A stretch of 64,000 nt of DNA. It comes from Curvularia clavata (taxonomy: Eukaryota). Both the position numbers and the translations under genes were made by a program. The stretch spans positions 1 through 64,000 of the forward strand of contig CP089281.1 of assembly GCA_023920165.1 (NCBI GenBank). The letters are read 5' to 3'. Of this stretch, positions 36,562 to 50,439 are shown one piece after another. The notes below the pieces were generated by a model. It was not told the DNA's origin. It ran no database searches and saw only the letters and a program-made list of their open reading frames with translations. Every line of letters begins with the position of its first letter. The first letter of the stretch is position 1.

Positions 36562-39172
36562 ATGGCTGAGCCTCCTACAGAACCGCTAGATATCCTTGCG
36601 CATTTTAAGATAAATGCTCTATACCAAGACAAAGGTGGTCTTAAAGTCACACTTACACTCGTCTAGTATCTAGTACTTAAAAATAATAGCAATAAAGAGA
36701 ATAAAGCAATTATTTTAAACTAGAAGAAGTAGTAGAATAAAACACCATAGGCCCGAGATCCTTCGAAGCCAGTTCCACACTAGGGCTCTTCTTATCGTAC
36801 GAGCCAAATCTAAGTAAACTTTGGAGAGGCTGTAGAGGTCCTAACTAGCCATCTATATATCTTCTGCTCGAACTGCAGTTATATACTCGCGCACCCATCA
36901 GCTGGAAATATTAGTATAAAGCATCTTTATAGACATCATCAAACCCAGACTTGCCAGCTTATCTCTTCGCCTATACACAACGAGCTATTGAACTCACTCC
37001 ACTAAAGTATCCCACCGCTAATAAATATTAATCCTCGCGCAATACCAGCCTACTTAACTAAGATATACGAACAAGAATTAGTAAGAGTAGTAGTTAATAA
37101 CTACTAGAGCTTCCGAACACTTAAGCGGCCATCATTTCAACGATTTCTCTAGTTTCTCCAGCCCAACGCTGTGATTATTAGCCGTTATAAATTCAAGCTA
37201 GCGTTTGAGTTACAATTTGAGAAGGCTTCAGCTGAGCTTCTCAATAATCTTAGCTAAGAAATAAAAATATCACTTGCATTAGATGGTTGGGCTTCAAGTA
37301 ACTATCTTAGTTTCCTTATAATCAAAGGTTACTATATCAATACTCAATAGCAACTTAAAGAAAAGCTTTTAGATTTTATACCGATCCGTGGGAGACATAC
37401 TAGAGCTTTAATAGCAGATAAAGTTCTGAAACTTCTTTCTAGAAGTAAACTCCAAAAAAAATTGCTATCCATTACTTGCGATAATGCTAGCAATAATAGC
37501 ACTCTTACACAGTCTCTTCAGCAAGGTCTACAACAACTTGGTATAAGCTGGAGTCCAAATGAAAACACTATTCCCTGCTTAGCCCATATTATCAACCTCG
37601 TTGTCTAGAATATTATCCAGCACTTAAGGCTGTCAGCTTCTACCAAGTTAGATAATATACAAGATTTGCAGAGACAACAGATTAATGAAGTAGATGCCAA
37701 CATCTCAGTCCCCAATTCACTTCGCAAGGGAAGAATTTTTTATCACAGTTATTTATCACATACTAACTACAATATATATAGATTAGAGCAATCTGCATTA
37801 TAGTTGACTCATCTCCTCAGCGATACGAACGGTTTCTCGCAATACAACGGGATCTACCACCAAAAAAACGCCTTAGTGTTATCCGTGATGTTAGAATATG
37901 ATGGAACTCGACATATAATATGTGTGAGCGCGCAGTCAAGCTTCGGCAATATATCGATAAATGGCTTAAAGATGAGATCGCGTTAAGGGTTCCTATCTAT
38001 ACCAAAAACCTCTCAGAGGCCGATAATAATACTAATATTGATTCTCGGGATCTTAAGAGACTACGACTATCTGCACAAGAATGGTCGCATCTTAAGATGG
38101 TTACTGAAATGCTTAGCCATTTCAAGACTGCAATAATGTCTCTAAGTTAGAGTCGAAAACCTCAAATACCATATATCTAGCTCATATATAATTAGCTTTT
38201 TGATTTTCTTAATCAGATGGAGATTAATTTAGGAGAAGACTCAGAGAATAGCAACTGGCTACAAGTGGTGAGAGCTGCGGCGGCGAAAGGGAGGGCAAAG
38301 TTGAGTAAATACTACTCGAAAACTGATAAAGAGCGTGGCTTCTTATTTAACTGCGCGACGATTCTTGATCTAACGCAAAAGCTTACAGCCTACGAGGTAT
38401 TATTACAGATATTTATTACAGATAGATACTAATAGAAGATATAAAATAAGACATAGGAGTTTCAAGATAAGCATATCTACTAGCAGTAGTTTCTTGATTA
38501 TCTAGCTCGATATAATAATCAAGAAATTATACAGTCAACACTAAGCTTATTTCCTTAGAGGGTATTAAGCACAGAATGGTTTCGAAGGCCTACTTTACTT
38601 CGATCATAATTAAGCTAGATTTCTCTTTCAAGCCAAGATTCTTTAAGCTAGGAAATTGAGGAGAGTAGAGGGCCAACCTATCAAGAAGGGGAGCTATATC
38701 TAAGCAGCCCTAGTATTAATCTACGGGAATATATCGATATTTTAGAGTGGTGGAAAGCAAGTAAGATTACGTACCCCCACCTTGCCTAAGTTGCAAAAGA
38801 TATTCTAGCTATACCAATTGCGTAAGTAGGTATAGAAAGAGTTTTTAGTATTGCTAAGGAAGTTATTAGTGATCGTCAACATCAGCTTTCTGCTAAAAAG
38901 ATTCGATAACTTATGATTCTTAAATTTGCGAATTCTAATAAGATGGAGAGTCTTAATAGAGACTTGGACGAGCCTATAGAGGAAGCTACCTAACTTTCTA
39001 ATAATATTAGTAATTTGTTTGAGCTCCCAGCAGGTATAGAGGAGTATGGGAGTTAGTGTTAGAGTCAGGATATAAAAGAATCTCTAGAGGAAGTGGATGA
39101 GGTAGAGGACAAGTTACCACTTCCTCCACGAAAGCGTGTCCGCCCTGCGCGCTACCGTAATAGTCAACTATA
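36562..39172 (+). pseudogene. hAT transposase
   Basis: CSNC..H zinc finger, SLALDGW, ITCDNASNN, IPCLAHIINL, WNST and dimerisation motif ILEWWK..YPHLA..DILAIP..ERVFS. Confidence 0.92.
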
Positions 39173-42100
39173 ATAAATCCTATTAGTTTTATCTTAAAAT
39201 TCTTTTTAAAGCTACTATGATAATAAACTGTGATAAATTCAAATCTTTTCTAGCCTAAAGTTATTCGTAACCTAGCTAGGCAGGCTATACCTAGCCCTAC
39301 CTCTACCCGACTCTTTAGTAACCTAGCCCTACCCTAGCCCAAGTGCCAAGCAACCCAGCCCTGCCCCAGCCCAACTCTTAGCAGCCCTAGCCCTACCCCA
39401 GCCCGAGTCTCTATAGCCCCAAGCCCTACCCCAACCCGAGCCGGGTGCCCCATACCCATTTACCAGTCTAGTTATAGCTTAGTCTGGAGTCTTAATATCT
39501 CCTAAGTAACTAGCTTTATAGTTTGTTGATTATTGTATTAGATTTTAATCTAATCTAGTAGGTTAATTTTGAGTTCTTTGATCAGTCTTAACGTAAAGAT
39601 AGCTTCCTTAGCTACTTGCGATAGAGCTAGGAGTTCAGCTTTAGTGGTGGACGTAGTGACTATATCTTGCTTGCTGGCTCGCCAGGCGATTAGTCCACTA
39701 AATAGCTTAATCGTGTAGCCTTAGGAGCTTCTGCGATCTAGTATATTGTCCGCAAATAATATGTTACTAGCTACTTGCATAGAGTTGCCCGACCTTAGCT
39801 GCAGCGCTAGGTGCTTAGTTTCTTCGAGGTAGAGTAGCACTCGATCTGCAGCTCTCTAGTGTTTCTGGCTAGGATTGGAGAGAAATCTAGCTAAGCGGGA
39901 TGTTGCAAAGGCAATATCCGGCCAAGTATTGACTGCTGTATAGAGTAGGGATCTAATCTTGCGCTGGTATTTGTTAATTTCTAGTAGAGTAGCCAGCCTA
40001 TTTCTGGGCTTCAGCTCAGCACTGCCTATAGGGGTATCGTGCTAGATAGTCCGATTCTCAGCCAGTTAGCTAATCTTCTTATAGTAGGCACTTTGGGATA
40101 GGTGGATAAGTCGATTCTCTCGGTCTCTCCTCACTTCAATTCTAAGGAACCACTGGATATCGTCTCTACTAGTTATTAAGTAAGTCTTTCTGAGATCTTC
40201 TACTAGGGTGCTAGCCTTATATAGCTAGTTTCGATTATAGACTATATTAAAATCGTCCATATAGAAGAAGATTAGAGTACTATCCTTAATTATACAGTAT
40301 AGCTCATAGGGTACAGTCTGAAACCCAAGCTTAGTGAGCGTTGCTGTAAAGTCTCGTTGCCACAACGCTGGCGATATCCGCAGCCCATAGAGTGCTTTTT
40401 GGAGCTTGAGTATAGTACCTAGCTTCTAATATCCATAGGGCATACGCATGTACACTTCTCTGTCGAGTTGGGCGTGCACAAACGCATTAGTAACGTCGAA
40501 CTGCTTGACTTCAAGGTCATATTTGGTAGTAATTGCCATGAATAGACGGAAAGACTGTCCAGCTAGGGTAGCCGCGTAGGTGTCTTGAGAGGTAATATTC
40601 CACTGCTAATCGCCCCTAACTACCAGTCGTGCCTTGCACTTAAGAAACTAGTTTTCTTAATTAAATTTGTAGGTGAAGACCCACATACAGTCTAGGATCT
40701 AATATCCGCTTGCCTTGACTGCCTTGTGTGGTACTTCTACCCACGACTTAGTAATCTTATGGCTGTCTAGATGAGCGCGTTGCGCCTCTTTGAATAGCTC
40801 GCCCATTGGATGCTCGTCTAGATCTGATCTAGCTGTCGGCGGCTCAGGGAGTTGAGATTGATAGATTTTAACTCCTTTGGCTAGTAGTCGTTTGAGCTGC
40901 GCCTTATCAATCGCGCTGCCATTGTGATCTCCAATACTTCCGGCTTCTGTTCCAGCCATAAAAGCTGCGGCCCATAGGACTGTTCTTGACGATTGGATTT
41001 CTGGAGCGCCTGCCGCTTCTCCACTCATAAGCTAAGCCAGTAGTGCTACTGGTAGTGGAGTGGCTAGAGGCGTTAGATAGTGCTCCTGAATCTTTCTTCC
41101 CATGTAGTAGCCTGGTGGATCTTCTGATTCGTTGATCTCTTCTATTACGTTGATGGTATCATCTTCATGAAATGACTCCATACCTATGTCTAGGATTAGT
41201 GGTGGGAGCTCAATAGTCCTAACGTATACTACAATCTCTAATAGAGTACTATGCATAAAGCTGTCCATCAGGTCTTCGACTTTCCCATCAAATATCATAT
41301 CTTCGTCGAAGATCACATCTCTAGTACTGATAACTTTAGCCAGTGATAGAATCCAGATCTGATAGATTATTAACGCTTGATATCCGACTAGATAGCCAAC
41401 CTATGCCTTAGAATCAAGCCTCTAGAGTCTTAATTTGCCGCAGTGGGTATTATCAGTCATTACAAACGCCTTACACCCATATACCTTAAGGTGAGCTAGT
41501 TTAGGCTTCTTTAGCGGTGTCGCCATCCTATTAGCCTAGGAAACATAGGTGAAGAAGACTTCATAGGGTGTCTTCCACTAATTGACGTAGTTTGGCGTTC
41601 AATTATATAGGTATACCGCGGCTCGCGTGACCTCTGGCCAGAGTTCCCATAGTAGATTAGCGTCTAACCGTATTGCGCACGCCTTCTCCTTATTCACACC
41701 CCCTGAGCGTTCAGCGCCGCCATTTTATGCTTAAGTATCTGGCGCTAATGGCTCGACAGTGATACCCTGTGCTTGGAGCCAGCGCATTACTTCAGGCTTG
41801 ACAGTCGCGATCTCGTTGTCAGTTTCGACGACCTTAGGCGTGATATTATATTGATTTTGGAGGAATTTAAGGAAGTTGGTAAGTACTTTAATAATGGATT
41901 TGGCCGTCCGATTGTTAGTAAGATAGAAATCCTATTAGAATCGTGAGTGCTTGTCTATAATTAATAGCTGTGATAACTCCTTATTATAGGATTGCTTCTC
42001 ATAGCTATGGAAATCAATCGTTATCCTATCACCAGGTTTCTGATCATTTGTCCGAGGAGCGCGACTAATCTGTCGGCGGATTTTTGCTCTCCCACACGCG

Positions 42101-44597
42101 TTGCACTACACTGTCGTTACTCCCTTAACTCGCACCCCCTCAGCTTGCTGGACTAGGTGCTCAATCGCTACTAGCCCTAGGTGTCCCAGTCTTTTATGCC
42201 AGAGGAGAGCAGGCGCCTGTTGGGGTCGCCAACGCGGTCGGGACGTATAGGTGTACGCGTGTAGGGCTACTCTATCCACTGATCCAGCTGGCTGGTGCTC
42301 CAGCACCCATTGCCCATATAGCTCTGCCAGCTCGCAGATAGTCGATCCGTCTGATCGCTTGATTGCTGTGGGATCCAATTAGGTGTCCCACCAGACTCCT
42401 TGCTTTCTTAGTACTCTGAACGAGACGATATTGCAGAGGATATCTGGGCAGATGGCTACATTGTAGAGCACGAGTTTCACTGCTGTCTAGTTATGCTTCA
42501 GCTAGAGTATGATTGACCCATATCCTCTAATCCATATCTGGCTATTGCCTGCACATATGTAGTCTCCTTAGATTAGTGGGCGATAGTCATAGACCCAATC
42601 GGGGTTGTTCGTAATATAACACGTCAATCCCGAGTCAAAGATGAAAGAGTTTCTCAAAGAATATTCGTGGTGATCTGATATAGATATCGCGGAGAACACG
42701 GCATCGATCTTAGATATCTATCATCCAAATAGTCAGTTATCAGGTATATTAGATATAGGGGTTTGGGATTGATTAGGCGTTAGAGTCCTAGGCCTGCCTT
42801 AGGCTCTAAGTAGGCTCTAGAATTCAGCGTCATATTCTCGTCTGAGTTCCACGAACTGCGCTATTCTTAGATTTAGTTCCTACCACTCCGGAGCTTTCTC
42901 ATTATATATATAGAAGCAATCACGAAGGGCATGCCCCATATCACATGCTGGACATTTGGAGCTTCTGGCGTACGCGATCGCGCTTTTACCAGAGACGGCG
43001 TCTACTTTTGCAGTTTTACCGTAGGCGTACGACCTTCTGCTTTTGCCTCTTCCTCTTTAAGGGTATGAAGAGCCTAGAGCCTAGCGATCGTGATCGCTCT
43101 CCTCACTAGCTATACGTTGATATCGGGGTCTGCCCCGTTTTCTGCCATAAGAGTTTCCCATTTCCACATAGTAGGCGTCCCTATCTACGCACTGGTCAGC
43201 GTTGCTGTTCGCAGCAAGAAATATAGACGGTTCTTCCACTACAAACGCTGCCTTTTAGCTTCTTCGCGTGGTAGGGTGATTCAGCATCATATACTCTTAG
43301 AACCGTCTCATCATAGTCTGCCTAGTTATCCCAGGTTGATCAATTCTATTTGACTGGAACGTTGCTGCCCACATAGAGGCTACTTTGTTTACTGCTGACA
43401 TGAAGTCTACAGCCACTGATCTGAACTAAGTGGTATCAGGCACGTTGAGTGTCTCTACCTCAGTTGCAGCTTAATTATACTCGGCTAGCCAGATATTCTA
43501 GCTATTAGCCGATTGTGGTGGTTTAAGAGCGTTATGATATCGCTATCGCGCTTGCTCTCGTTCCGCTTTATCAGTTATGCCCACCTAGGCACGGAGGTTT
43601 GTAATCTAGTCACGGACTGACTGGTCTGGTCGACAGCAGCTTTGCTGTAGATGGGCCACAACTGTGGATTAGATAAAGGCTATAATATACTGGATATTCG
43701 ATTCCTCAGCTTTATACCTGGCGTAGGCAGCTTTATATCTATCTATTTGAAGCTTGTAGAACTTAAGATCGTCCTTGTATGCTCAGAGTCCTACTATCAC
43801 TAGATCAGACGGCCTCGTTGGAGTATCTCCTATAGGTGGTTAGGCCGACGGTGCATAGATAGAGAAATCCGGCATTTCTAGTTCAGTTGGCTCTACTAGA
43901 CGCGGCGTCGCTGTACTTAGATTGACCTGCTCCCATATATTATGGGAGACACAACGCGCTTGAAGCTGGTTATACCACGCGCGGTAGTCGTGTTCGTCGC
44001 GCAGCGTTACTGCTGCAGTCTGCTGATTAGATTGGGCAGCCATTATTGCGGATTGATTGGTTGAGATAGTTGTAGATTGGTAGAGGCAGTGAGACTCTTA
44101 ATTGTCAGACTATGAGGTGGTTTTTAATCAAGGACACATGCAGATTACTGTAATAAATAGCTGTAATAATTAATAGGAGGAAAAATTAATAGTATTGATC
44201 GCTCTAATCTTGTTGCTCTAGCGGCGCGCCTGCGCGCCACCTTATAAGCGCTATCGCTATTGCTTTTTGCATCAGGTAGGCGGCTGAGTATCAGCCTCGC
44301 CTAGGGTGGGCCTTGGCGCTCGCCTCTGATTGGCTGGGACCACAGAATCCGGGTGCTCGCGAGCACCCGGATTCTGTCACATATCCAACATCAAGATCTT
44401 CTAACGCCAAGTCTAATAATGCCGTGTGTACCGAGATTTGCAAGCTAGGAAAGGTTAGCGAATGTAAGGGAACTGAGCTGCGAACACCTTTTCTTTTTGC
44501 TTTAAAGCGAATATCCTGCTTAATTCAGCTCTAAAAGCTGAGTCCGAATTTTTGCCTTCGAAGTCTTGTTCATGTCATTCGCAGGTGTAAACACACT

Positions 44598-45479
44598 ATG
44601 AGACACAGCATCCTTATCTTCCTTGTGGCCATCGTGCGACACATAGTGGGACAAGGGATCCGCGACCCCCGTACGACAAAGGACTGCGTTCACTGGAGGT
44701 ATATTGAAGACAGCAGAGAACAGACCTGCTTAGAGACGATTCGAGAATGGAATCTTGATCCGCAGCGTTTCCATGCTTGGAATCCCTCTGTGAACTTGGA
44801 TTGCACGCCATGGTACCAGGGCTGGAGCTATTGTGTCATGACCAATGCTATGATAGCTGATAGCTTGAACGGTACTACGCGGATCGACAGCGACAGCTTG
44901 ACTGGCTATACCGTTACGCTTCCAAGCTTGACCACCAATTCAGACGGCTGGACAATCCCTGTGACACGCAGCGACGCCCCAGCGCGGACGACCAGCACAC
45001 GAGCGCCGATCCCTTCGCCAAGGGCATGGAAAGAGATGGGCTGCTTCGTTGACGATAAAGTCGATCTCGATATTGCGCCGCAGCTTTGGAAATGGACATT
45101 GGAGTTTCGTGGACTACCTCAGTCTTATAACGAGACAATGGAGAATTGCAAACAAAGGTGCTGGAAAATCTCGTACCCAGTTGCTGGCGTCAAGGGCGGA
45201 AGTGAGTGTTACTGTGGTAATGAGATTAATAGCACTCTAGCGGAAGACCAGAGCGAGTGCAACATACCTTGTGTTGGAGATACGAAGGACATCTGTGGTG
45301 GCAACAATCGCATGAGCATCTGGGGGGCAGAAGAGTTTGTGCAGAGTGCGGATGGGGTGGGGGACATAGCATCATCGGGTGCTGGTGTGAGTACCCAACC
45401 TGCATCGAGGACGTACGAAAGTAGGGCAACAGCAATAGTCACATTAGGTGCGAGGAGAAATGTGCCAGTGTTCTGGTAA
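44598..45479 (+). CDS. Secreted LysM-like plus WSC domain protein
   Basis: Signal peptide; C..FHAWNPSVNLDC..GWSYCV (fungal LysM type); T/S linker; GCFVD..CKQRC..ECYCGN..CNIPCVG..CGG (WSC). Confidence 0.85.
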   Translation: MRHSILIFLVAIVRHIVGQGIRDPRTTKDCVHWRYIEDSREQTCLETIREWNLDPQRFHAWNPSVNLDCTPWYQGWSYCVMTNAMIADSLNGTTRIDSDSLTGYTVTLPSLTTNSDGWTIPVTRSDAPARTTSTRAPIPSPRAWKEMGCFVDDKVDLDIAPQLWKWTLEFRGLPQSYNETMENCKQRCWKISYPVAGVKGGSECYCGNEINSTLAEDQSECNIPCVGDTKDICGGNNRMSIWGAEEFVQSADGVGDIASSGAGVSTQPASRTYESRATAIVTLGARRNVPVFW

Positions 45480-45892
45480 ATATCGTACGTCAATAGGTTC
45501 AAAGGGCGGATGAGCTTCGAAAATATCCACAGCAGGATATGTAATTGAATAGCGACAGGCTTGAGGCACCGCGATGGCGATGGGAGCATCGCAGCCTCCT
45601 GCATCGTCATTTCCCATGGTAATGGTTTCCAAGGTCAATAAATTTCATGTTACTTTAGTATCTTACTTTGTCTTCTACTTAGTAGCTGTAGGCCTAACAA
45701 AGCTAATTAAGCAGCCATTCGATTGCTGCTTACGCCACTTGCCCGCGCTAGCGTTGCCCGTCAAGCTGCTAGCGTTAGCCGAGTTTCAACTGACTTTCTA
45801 CTATAGATAGCTCTATCTTTATAGTATGTTATCTAGAAACAATCTATAGTTAGCTTAGTGTCTACTATTTTTGTGTCTTACATAGATTGTTG

Positions 45893-45924
45893 CTTCTTCT
45901 TCTTCTTCTTCTTCTTCTTCTTCT
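45893..45924. repeat. (CTT)n microsatellite
   Basis: About 10 tandem CTT units. Confidence 0.9.
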
Positions 45925-46824
45925 GCTTGTCCACTTGCACTACATGAAGTCGGTTTTACAGACTGGCCTCTCTGCCTATAACGAGTCAAACGTAGGTCAG
46001 ACATTGCAGTTAGATTGCAAGTAAATGATTTATAAATTCAAAATATCTAAAAGCATTGTCATGTGTATAACCTCCTTCAGGTTTGTCGTAAGATCATACT
46101 CTCACGTGATGTTCCATAAAGACGCGCTATACCGTATACGTCTTAGTGATGCACTAATATGCATGGTGCGTTCCCGGGACAATGTCCTCCGCCTCCCCAC
46201 TATGCTGACAATTCGACGTGCAGGTGGAGATCGTTACACTTTATCCACCAATCAAGAAGTGTAGATGCTTTTCTGCCTATACTGTCGTATCGATTGGTAA
46301 ATCTAATCCAAACTGGATTTAAGGTTTGGTATAATGTCATGCCGAATTGGTAGTAAGCTTCATCAGCCTGAAAAAGCGGCAGATTCTATCATGAACACAA
46401 GTTGTAGTTCCCAGATTTTGCTAAAGATTAGCATAGGTTGTGTTGACATTATCATATGTAACTACCACTTATACCTACATTAGAGAGGATCACACACAGA
46501 TATCGTTATCCAAGACCAACGTTCGTTACAATGAATTTACCGGCTCCAGATAAGCATGTTCTCACTCTAGTCCATAGGAAGTCCTGATGTGTACTATAGA
46601 ATTGTGGAATTGCGGCTTTAGTAATAATATGTCATGACGCCGCGAACGATCAGCGCAGTATAAGAAGCAATTTACCCGCTGACGGGGCAAGGAGCGATTC
46701 CGGAGTTATGCCCCGCAAAACATCTTCGCACTACGGAAGAATTCGAGTCTACGACGACCATAGAATACTTATAAACGCCTAATGTGGATAATATTCCGCA
46801 CAGAGTTTTCAAAGCACTTGGGAC

Positions 46825-49800
46825 ATGTCTGTTTTCCGTAGCATGAGAGTGTTAGGATTATTTCTCGCTTCATGTGCGCTGTGGCTGCCTACGACTCATG
46901 CACTATTGGAAGAAAAGTTTGTGAGTTTTACTGCTGAGAATGAATCTTTAGACATCGCTCGAGCTACGATTGTAGCTGATGCGGGGGATTACGTTGGTGT
47001 GCACATCGCATTGAAGAGCTTGGCAGACGATTTCAAGCAGATCACAGGGACCCAGCCAGTTCTTCGAAATCACACTGTTAATTCGACAAGACTTGTTGCT
47101 ACAAGTGGAATCATAGTGGGTTCCGTGAGCTCAGCACTGATCCGAGATCTCTCGGCTCGTGGTATTGTAGATATATCAGACATAGTGGGGAAGTGGGAGG
47201 TTTTCAAAACTGCAGTCGTTGAAAGTCCGCTCCCTGGAGTAGACAGGGCACTTGTCGTTACAGGAAGCGACAAGCGTGGGTCGATTTTCGGCATTCATAC
47301 ACTGGCCGAACAAAGCGGTCAATCTCCGTATGTCAAATTCATGTATGGATTAGCTCCAGTTAACAATCGCAACTAGGTATCACTGGTTTTCTGATGTCCC
47401 AGCAAAGAAACACTCCGCAATCTATGCACTCTCGAAATCAACTGTTCATGGACCGCCTACTATCAAGTACCGAGGACTGTTCATCAACGATGAGGAGCCC
47501 GCACTACAAACGTGGTGGAGCACACAGCACAATGCTTCGCATTATCCACTCAATAAGGAGTTTTATGCGCATGTCTTTGACTTGCTTCTTCGTCTCAAGG
47601 CCAATTACCTATGGCCGGCCATGTGGGCATCATCAACGCCAGCTCCCGGCAATATCTTCTTCACTGACGATCCAGGCAACATGCAACTTGCTAACGATTA
47701 CGGTATCGTCATTTCTACCAGCCATCATGAGCCTATGCAAAGGGCTACAAACGAGTGGAATGCCTCCGAGACTGGGCCCTGGGACTGGAGGCTCAACAAA
47801 GACAATGTGACGCGTTTCATGGAAGAAGGTATTCGTCGAATGGGCAATACTGAGAGTTATGTAACATTAGGAATGCGAGGTCCTAGCGATAGCGCCATAG
47901 TCGGCGATGATGCTATTGCAATTCTCAAGGAGGTTTTCGAAGTTGAGAGAGACATCTTCAAGAAGGTTCTTGGCGATCAGAAAGTGGATCGTACGATATT
48001 CCTTCACAATTATGAAGATCTTGATGCTAACCAGATGACAGAGGTTTGGACAATCTACAAAGAGGTTGCTACATACTACGCCGCAGGCCTTAGCCCACCG
48101 GACGATGTTACCATCATCATGCCGGATGACAACCAAGGCCAAGTCCAAAGGCTTCCGACAGGAAATGAAAGCGCAAGAGTGGGCGGTGTTGGCGTTTATT
48201 TCCACTTTGAATACTTCGGGACCCCAAGATCATATAAGTGGTCGAATAGCAACAATCTTGTAAGTGCTTAATCCTGCCTCTACCCATCAGATACCTAACT
48301 TCGGTAGCCGAAAGTCTTGAAAGAGCTCTTACAAGCCTATTGGCGCGATGCAAACCGTATTTGGGTAATTAATGTAGGCGATATTAAGCCTATAGAGCTC
48401 CCATTCGGATTTGCAATGGATTTAGCATGGAATGCCACCGGGTTCGACTTTGACATAATACCGACATATTTGTATCTTTACTCAGAGCGCGAGTTTGGCA
48501 CCGACCACGCAGGAGACATTGCACTGTTACTGATGGAGTTCAGTAATCTTGTTGGTATGCGGAGATTCGAAATGGTTCATCCTGGAACATATTCGGTCCT
48601 TAATTACCACGAGGCCGAGAGGGTGTTAGCAAGGTGGACAACACTTGCTGATCAAACCACGGCTCTATACGAAATCATTCCAGATGACTACAAGCCTGCA
48701 TTTTATGAGCTTGTTTTCTACCCGCTGGTGTCCGGTGCTACATACTATGCCGTTAACCTAGGAATAGCCTTCAACCAGCAACACGCCATGGAGCGTCGAA
48801 ACTCTGCTAATGCTCTCGCACAAAAAGTGCTCGATGATTTCGACTACGATTATGATCTGGTCGAAAGATTTGACGCTCTTCTAGGGGGGAAGTGGAAACA
48901 TATCATGTCACAAGCGAAGCTCGATGCTGTTGTCCAGCAACCACGAAATTGGGCCAATCCGTCGCGAGACATGGTTACAAATCTTTCGTTTGTACAACTA
49001 CGCCAAAACATGCAATTCTCCATAGGCAACCTCGGTATCTATCCTGAAGAGTCTACCAGTCCTATCAACCAAGGACGATGGGCTGAATCAATCGATCTAT
49101 CGATGCCGACGGTCGGATACCCTGCGTTAATGCCATTGATGGATCCATATGGTCCTACGATAAGAACAGTTGACCTCTTCATGAGGGGTGATTATCGCAT
49201 TCCTATCAACTGGACGCTTGATGAAATTCCAGTCGACTGGCTGTCAATTACACCGTGTGCGGGAGTTCTCCACAAAGAAAAATACGAACAGCGTCTGAAT
49301 GTCACGATTGACTGGACTAAGGTCCCAGAAGGTTATAACAAGACCATCAATGTAGGCGTTAGATCAACTCCAGCTCCATATCCGTATTTTGATCTTATAC
49401 GGATACCGGTACGGAACCAGAAAGTTCCAGCCAGCTTTGTAGGCTTCCCAGAGACAGCGGGGTATATCTCGATCGAAGGTCCGCATTTTCAACGATCGTC
49501 ACCTGCAGCACCCAACACTACATCCAATGCCACTGTTGCATTTAGCCGCATACCTTACCTCGGCACGCGGACTGAGTCTGGTTCTATCGCCCTCCGCCCA
49601 TATACAGCCTCCCGGGCTTCGCTTTCATCCTCCACAGCAGCTTACGCTGAATACGACATTTATCTTTTCAATCGCACTTCTGGGCTCAATGCGACTGTCT
49701 ACATTAATGCTTGTCTGGACACCGATCCTAATCTCCTCATGAAATTCTCGCTTAGCTTAGATGGAGCCGCTCAGAATTTTACACGTGTACTAGGCAATCC

Positions 49801-50017
49801 AAAAAATGCAGGAGATGTACCCCCAGAGTGGATGAGCGATGTTCCGAATCAAGTATGGACAAAAAGGATAGCACTTGGAGCGGCAGAAAAGGGTAAGCAT
49901 ACCCTAAGATGGAGTGTGAACAGCCCTGAGGTATACCTAGAGAAGATTGTGTTGGATACGCAGGGTGGTGTTAAGGAGAGCTATCTAGGACCACCGGAAA
50001 CAAAGATGGTAGATTGA
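46825..50017 (+). CDS. Glycoside hydrolase family 115 (xylan alpha-glucuronidase-like), spliced
   Basis: Signal peptide; GSDKRG, KYRGLFINDE, LLLRLKANYLWPAMW, SHHEPM, TLGMRG, NVGDIKP. Introns near 47328-47377 and 48261-48313, possibly also near 48.0 kb. Confidence 0.93.
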
Positions 50018-50439
50018 TGTTTAGTTTTAATAAGATTTGATGAGATATCGATACACTTCAAAGATTATACAACGACTTAGGGTGTAGTTTAAAGTGCTAC
50101 GCCTATGTACTTCACTAGTGGGGTCACATGACCAACTCTTTCGTACAACAAGTGTTGCAAGTAACAGGACGAAAGATCTCTGCTTAATGATAGCCGCAGG
50201 TAGGGGATCATTGGGAGACACGTCAGAAGGCGATGATCCCCACAGAGCGGTAATCACGTGACGGTCCTCATGCCAAGACTGGAAAACTACGCTAGTATAT
50301 AAGAACAAACATGTGAGTGACTAAATATCCTTAGAAACTTCAGAAAACATAGATATCATTCTACAGAGATAGTAAGAATATCTCCGTCCAACACTGTGGC
50401 GGGAGCAGACTTAGCCATGAATGATTTTAGATCCCATGT

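Larger units (their letters stand above)
33090..39470 (+). mobile_element. RIPed hAT DNA transposon (6.4 kb)
   Basis: TIRs TAGACTGGTAAATGGG/CCCATTTACCAGTCTA, 8-bp TSD GTTATAGC (33082-33089, 39471-39478), subterminal CCAGCCCTGCCCCTACCCAACTCTT repeats. Confidence 0.95.
32728..44390 (-). mobile_element. RIPed Ty1/copia retrotransposon interrupted by a hAT element
   Basis: Gag start 44043, LLWHKRLGHLG pre-integrase motif, integrase before RT (KARLVVRG, QFDVTNAF, KALYGL) and RNase H end (HVDIHNH..MIADGLTKAL at about 32.96-33.09 kb). Partial 3' LTR at 32728-32935; candidate 5' LTR at 44103-44390. Confidence 0.9.
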
